A stretch of 64,000 nucleotides of DNA from the human T2T-CHM13v2.0 reference genome, Homo sapiens: NCBI RefSeq assembly GCF_009914755.1, contig NC_060926.1; one strand, 5' to 3'. Made by a program: the position numbers and the translations under genes. The notes beneath the pieces are model-generated. The model was not told the DNA's origin and did no database searches. It saw nothing but the letters and a program-made list of their open reading frames with translations. Below are positions 57,190 through 64,000 of the stretch, piece after piece (position 1 is the first letter of the stretch; each line of letters begins with the position of its first letter).

Positions 57190-57685
57190 TGGGTTTCCTT
57201 GGTTACCATAGTCGCTGCTGACAGCTTCTCTTGGTGGGGAGGGAGTAAGCAGTGAGAATAGGACTCTAAAACAAAGCGTTAAAATCGTTTATCCATTAAT
57301 AGACACAGGGAAATGTGATGCTGACAGCCCAGTAAAACCCGTGCCCACTCCCCATCCTGTATTCCTGCTCTCCCGTGATTCAGGTAGCCTGGCAGAACCG
57401 CAGTTCCACAATTCCTTACCCAGCATTCCGTTTCAGCTGCTGGAGGACTGCCTGAGCCTTATGCAAATGAGACCAGCTCGGAGGCTTTGACTGCAGAAGC
57501 GAGAGGAGGGGGCAGAAGGGAGTTCAAAGGTCACAGGGCTGGTGGAAAGCTGGATCAGTTGCCTGAAAAAAATGTACTGGGGTTCTCTGCAGCAGTGTTT
57601 TGCAGCAGTTAAATGAAGTGTGCTTTATTTCTGAGAGTGAAGATTTTACAGCGTGTGTGCCGTAGTCGTTATATAGTGCACGCAG
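57190..57685 (+). promoter_or_regulatory. Probable alternative promoter and first exon
   Basis: Local CpG/GC enrichment in unique DNA. RFX-like gtttccttggttac (57193), octamer ATGCAAAT (57461), DR1 AGTTCA-A-AGGTCA (57521), and donor CAG|gtatgg at 57685 with no strong acceptor immediately upstream. Confidence 0.6.
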
Positions 57686-59299
57686 GTATGGTGACATTTC
57701 ATGATGCGCCTGATTTTATTTCTATTAAAGACACTGATGGGCATTGGCTATTTTAATTCATCGTGGCAATTGGCAGGGTGTTCCTGGTTTTCAGGATTCC
57801 CTTAACTAGTTTATTTTTTTAATTTTCTTCTTCGTATTTCTCTACTTGAAACATGGGTGTTTTGTTCCAATAGAATAATTTCATGTGAGAAAAAACTGGG
57901 TTTAGGCTTCTAAATAATTCCATTTCGGGGGTAAGTTCTTTACTGAAGAGAGATCTCTGAGCTGAAACATCTAGAAAAATATTGAGGCTTACAACTTTTA
58001 GAGGATTTTCACATTTTTTAAAGAAATGTATTTAAAATAAGATCCGAGTTCCTAGCCTAAGATTATTGTGATGTATCTGGTATTAAATAATGGAGTTCTT
58101 TTGTTCATATCTCACACAATCGCATAAGGACAATTTTAATAAGTATATTTTCATTCCATTTGAAGGGTTTTGGTTTTGAGGGTTTTTGTTCTATATTTTA
58201 TTGCCAAATATCTTCTCAGAGCAATAATTTCTTCTATTGGGGCTAGATCCTTTAAACCTTTCTTTGATTTTTCTAATTGTTATAAATTCTCTTTGGGACT
58301 TTTTGGATAATGCTATTTGAATTTAACGTGTTCAACTTCCTATGACTTTTCCTTTCAGTTAAGTCTGCATTGTAAAGGGATCCTTATAAATGTCACAGAC
58401 AGGACAAAAGTCTTCTTTCCATGCACGAAATATCACACTTTTGTAAAATGTGTGATTACATCATAGGAAAGTCTGTCCTGCACCAAATAAATGTGTACTC
58501 ACTTTTATTGTTCATATTTTTTTATTTCTAAAACATATTTTCAAACAAACTTAATTAAAACAGTACAATCAAACTGTTTATTCCTATCATTAAAGCACTT
58601 AAGTATATCAATTCAGCAGTTACAATGTTGATTAAAAAATGTTATTTTCATTTGCATCAACTGTGCATCTGTCTGTATTACAGGTTGTATGTGTATGAAA
58701 ATATGTTGGAAAAGATGAAGAGGCAAAAATAGCTTTTAGCCATGAAATGACTGCTTTATGTTTTTATATTTGCATAAGATATTTAAAAATGAATTTTATG
58801 AAGCTTACATACAAAGAGCTAGTACATATTTAGTTAAACTTAATTACTTTCTTTGCCCTGAAAAGAGGGAGTTAATTTTATTATAATGATTAAGATGAGG
58901 TATTTTGGCAACAATATGTTTTATTGTAAAATAGAGGGGGGATTGAGGAGGAACCACAACAGGAGGATAGCTACTTAAAACAGTGAAGGACAATTATTTC
59001 AAATATTTATGAAATTCACTTAGTGGTTATTCAGGGCCAGATTCTCACCCTTTATCACTCTATGGGGACATTATGACATTTATCCAGGATCCTGAGACTA
59101 ATTTAGGAAAAGGAATTCATGTTTTGTATGAGCTTTTAAAAAATTCAAAAACTGACATTTTCTTCTAAAGTGTTTCTCTTTTGAAACTTTCAATAATGAC
59201 TTTAGGTAAAAGGGTTATTTTTTAAATTAGCTATTTTCTTTTTATGTTGGTCAGAATATGCTGTCCTCTGGTCCAAACAATATTTATAGGCTTTGCTTT

Positions 59300-59485
59300 T
59301 ATACCTATATATAGATATATAATTGTTTTTTATATATGTATAAAACAATAAATATATACATATAATTGTTTTATATATGCATAAAACAATATATATATAC
59401 ACACACATATGTGTAACAATATATGTATGTTATACATATTATTGCATATATTATGTATATACACACACACACATATATATATATT
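59300..59485. repeat. AT-rich / (TA)n(CA)n low-complexity tract with a duplicated palindromic unit
   Basis: atataattgtttt(tt)atatatg(t/c)ataaaacaata occurs twice, followed by TA/CA runs. Confidence 0.85.
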
Positions 59486-62059
59486 TCAAGCAGCCAAAGA
59501 AAATATTTTCAGTGGTAAATCATATTTAATTCAACAATTTTTTCTTAAAATGTTTAATTTTATATTTAATTCAGTAGCGCCTGTAGTTTGTGTCTACTAA
59601 TCCCTGCGTGTGTTTTAGGCAGAGAGGGAGAAAAGAACCAAGTTTAACATTCATTTAGGTAGTCCAGTACTTTTAACTTTGTAAATGCAACTGCTACCAC
59701 AGAGCATGTTCTGAATATGGAAATAAAAACAGTGTGGGCAAAGAAGGAAAGCCCATGAAGATTCTTGGAGAAAACGTGATAATAGACAAATGTGAAATAA
59801 AGAGAATTGTTGTGATTCTGTGAGCCACAAGAGAGCTATATATGTCCTGCAGCTAATTTATGGCTTTGAATATCCTGGATAATTTATGTCTCTATGCAGA
59901 TTCACTCAAAACTTTGAAGTCTTTTGCAATAGCTCGAGCCATACTACTTCCATACAAATCTCAGCAGCATATACACAGTAAGTCTGTGGTCTGAATATCT
60001 AAACGTATATAGAAAAAATGCATTTGTGTAAATACAATTCAAATCAAATTTGAGAAGTAAAAGAATAAATAGAGTGATCTAAAAACAAATCTTTAGGGAT
60101 ATGTACTTAGTCTACTTAAAGAGATAGTGTTATATCAGACTTCAAAGGAATCTTTGAGGATTTTTCAAAAATGAATTTCCTGCTCTTTGATTACCAGTCT
60201 GTCTTTGTCATCACTTGAAACTAGAGACCATATTGTAGGCTTGGAAAAGATTTCAGGGCAAACATGTTCTACTCAGTCTAGCAGTGTGGAACATAGTCTA
60301 AAATCTACAAATAACTGTTGTCATCTCAAAATCACATGTGTAGGTTTTAAGTTTTATTATTGCTATATTTGTTCTCCTGAAATTCTGGAGCCTATGAAAT
60401 AGAAAAAAAAAAACAAAACTAAATTACTGAAACATGTAGAAGGAAAATGCTCAAAATAATTGAGTATTCAAAACAATCACATTTCTCTATTTTAATATAA
60501 TATTTTAAAAGAAAACAAAACAATTGTCTTTTTATTGCCTATTCTAGAATTTACATAAAATTCCATCAATTTTATTAAAAATTATAAGAACAATAAAATT
60601 GTAAAATGATTTTAAAGATCTTATTAGACCTATAGTAATGCTATAGTAATACCTTGTCTAGTAGAGTTGGAAAATAATCTGTATGATATAAACTGATTTT
60701 CCAAGTAGCTAAAGTTTATGACTATAAAGGCCAGTTCTTAAAAATGCCAATAGCTGTCATGAAACAAAAATATAGTACACATCATACTGCCTTATAGAGC
60801 AAGGTGAAAGTCAGTTTAGGTTTTTTTTCATGACATAATAATTATTAGTCCAACCATGATATTCACTTACTGCAAAAGACAAAACTATTCCCAACTGTTC
60901 TCCAACACCAAATAGCCTCTTACTATTATATACTTTTATATATAATTTTATATGCTTTTTATAATTTTATTGTCTTTTTTAAATGTTAATATGTATTATT
61001 TTTAACATAGTTAATAATTGTCCTTTGAGAGCAATTCAGAAATCAATTTTGAACTTTGCTTTACATTCAATTCTAAATCACTTTGACTTTCCTGGACAGA
61101 GAAAGAGAGAAACCTTTCTCCATATTTCTCGTACGTACTGAACTCCTGACAGATACATACATATAGTATAGGAACACACAAAATAAGCAAAATTTATTTT
61201 TAGTTTGTCTTGTGTTCAGAATGTTGAAAATCATTTGAATTCCAAATAAATGAAAATTTTCTTTTGTTAGTACAATGAGAATCTATAATATTAAACTATC
61301 AACAGAAATTTGAACTTACTTTATATCAAATAGGAAAATGAGGAGTCTCTAACAGGTATACAAAAGAAAACACAGAGACCAATTTTTTGGTTGCATTTGA
61401 CTAATCATTGGTGCCATATACTTCTTGCCAATTTGGGGACTTGTGGTCCATCTCATTTTCAAATCCTGGCATTAAATTTACCATCTTTCACCACAATGCT
61501 AGATGGGAAGAATTTTTGCTTGCTCAATTCTTTATCTCCATGCAAGCTTATGAATCCACATATTCATTTAGAAATGCATTTAGCCACATGTGTTCATGCT
61601 CATGTCTTACACTCTCCCTAATCATAAATAAGGAAAGTAAGACAGCTGAATCGTCAACCACCATTTCTTTGAAATCTCACTAATATAATATGTTAAGATA
61701 CACAAAGCAGCTAATACCATTTTAGTAGGTGTTCTCATATACTGTGAAGAACTTGATCTAAAGGACTGTTGGTTCCATGAACCTAGTATCAAAAGACTCT
61801 GTAAGAATGAGATCTAGTCCAACATATTTGGAGAATAGCTTATCATTCTGGTCCTCTTTTGCACACTAGCATATTAAAAGGCCTGAGGATTCTTACTTTA
61901 ACAAACCTGGGTAACTTTATTTAATACAATAAAACCTTATAAATTTAGGTCAATTTATGAACAAAGGAAAAAAAAACAGAAAAATATTGTATATTGTTTT
62001 CTTGATAGAAAAAGCTTTTATTGTGTTGTATATTATATGTGATTTCAAGCTATATCGTG

Positions 62060-62310
62060 GAATGTGAAGAGGCTGAATAAGGGAATGGTTAAGAACTTAA
62101 GTTCAAGTCCCAACTCCGGAGTTGTTTACACAATGTACTCTGACATTTACAAGCCATGTAGCCTTGACATGGTACTTAAAACCTGTAAGCCTCATCTTCT
62201 TCATTGGGAAAGTGGTAATATTAGTCTCTATATCAAGGGATTTTTATGAAAGGGGAATGACATGATACATACCTGGCACATAATAGGAATATTATAGATG
62301 ATAGCTAATA
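62060..62310 (+). mobile_element. MIR
   Basis: aatggttaagaac...gccttgacatggtacttaaaacctgtaagcctca...acctggcacataatagg. Confidence 0.7.
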
Positions 62311-63177
62311 TTAACATTTTTCAGCCCACACAAGTTGATTCCCTGGTGCTGATGAGGCAAGTTCAGCTTAAACTTATAGTTACAGAAAATCCTCATGGAA
62401 CATCTTAGGTGTCAATGGATGAGGAAAAGATGTGTTTTCCAAAAATAGAAACCTGCCAGGATTTTATTGGAGGTTATCCTAGGTAATACTGAGCAGTTAA
62501 TGGTTAGAATTTGAATGGGACAAGTAGAGAAAGCAATCAGCCTGGTCATCAAGGTTCAAACCATATGTGGCTAAATAGATATGTACCTTGAATCATTCCA
62601 ACTAGAAGTACGGTCTCCACAAAATCCCCAGGTATGATGTGGCAATATGTGCTTTTCTGAGCTCCCTTTTTTTATATCCTTTAAGGCTTTTCAAATTTCC
62701 ATCTTTGTACCTCTGCTCTACTATTTTTCCATTCTGACTTTATGCAATTAAGGCAGTAGTTATTCATCTCTGCTCCATCCAGAGTTTCTATCTCATCTAT
62801 AGACTATAAGTTCTTCAATTACAAGGGGAGCCTGGCACATAGAAAGTGTCCAAGAAATGTTTGCTGAGCCAATGTTACTATGGGGCATAAAGCACCTAAT
62901 TATACCTAATGACATAAAGGTGCTAATTTGTGTGAATCATGAAGTGATCACTTTGTTACAAATTAATTGCTATTTTAAACTTCCTGAATATCATATTGGT
63001 GTTTAGAAATATTGAATCAATTGATTTAGTCGCAACGTTTTCCAAAAGAAATTTAGAAAAATATATCTACATTTTTACTTAAAAATTATTTTAATAGTAG
63101 CATACCTAGAAGTGCTTTTTGGTAAATATACATTAGTAACCAGTTCAGAGTAGATTGCAGGAATATCATGACTCTAC

Positions 63178-63426
63178 TTTTTTTTTTTTTTTTTTTTTTG
63201 AGACAGAGTCTCACTCTGTCGCCCAGGCTGGAGTGCAATGGCGTAATCTCGGCTCACCGCAAGCTCCACCTCCCGGGTTCACGCCATTCTCCTGCCTCAG
63301 CCTCCTGAGTGGCTGGGACTACAGGCGCCTGCCACCACGCCTGGCTAATTTTTTGTATTTTTAGTAGAGACAGGGTTTCACCACGTTAGCCAGGATGGTC
63401 TCGATCTCCTGACCTCGTGATCCGCC
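63178..63426 (-). mobile_element. AluY-type element, 5' truncated
   Basis: AluY diagnostics (gcaagctcc, ttcacgccattctcc). Perfect TSD tgactctactttt at 63169 and 63427. Confidence 0.95.
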
Positions 63427-64000
63427 TGACTCTACTTTTGTGAAACTTGTTTAAAGGGTGAATCTCCTCTAAACAGTGAATGTCCAAGTTTCAAAAGATT
63501 GTATGACTATGGTGCAACTTATTTCTATTGTGAACAAGTTTTACATTTCCGTAGAACATTTACTGAGACTTGAAAGTCCAGGTAATTTTACACTATATAT
63601 TATTTTTTTACTAATTGCTGCTTAATGCAAAGTCAGCTTCAGGCTTAACAACTATTGTTGCCTGTCCCTGCCTTAAATAGTAAAAATCTATATTGTGCCT
63701 AAGGTGGTGATTTACTTTGAAGAATGTCCAAAGTATTTTTTTCTACTTGTTGTAATTTTAAAAATCTCCTTTATTTTTTGTGCAGTATCTTTGGCAGGAT
63801 CCCAGTGCTTGGATGGGTATAGTTCTAAAGCTTGCCCATATTTTATTCTGATGTCTATTTTAATGTACTTTATGGGGAAAATGTTTTTTTAAAGTCCCTT
63901 TTCCTTCACACTATTCAGATGATTCCTCTAAAGGAAAAGGATATCATTATCTTAAATAGCCTTTGATTTACATTGCCTCATCTGTTTTGTTATTCAATCA

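Overview
AT-rich primate, most likely human, genomic DNA. It contains AluJ/S/Y, a young L1PA, THE1, MER52, MER57A, MER20, MER58, L2 and MIR elements. I find no host protein-coding exon, and no rRNA, tRNA or CRISPR array. The only real protein-like ORF is a LINE-1 ORF2 reverse-transcriptase fragment (15218-16266). Splice signals suggest the window lies in long introns of a + strand transcript with non-coding (5'UTR or lncRNA) exons at about 1156-1244, 3237-3277 and 55497-55841, plus a probable alternative promoter and first exon at about 57190-57685. I could not identify the gene. The most unusual structures are: (i) a nested palindrome at 5770-5950 whose loop carries a 31-nt copy of sequence found ~320 bp downstream; (ii) an inverted L1PA lacking a poly(A) tail and a TSD; (iii) an L1/MER52/L1/THE1 chimeric junction; (iv) several polypyrimidine-AG|GT sites resembling recursive splice sites. 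I see no evidence for a novel multi-gene system. Repeat family names come from recalled consensus sequences, not a database search, and boundaries of old repeats are approximate.
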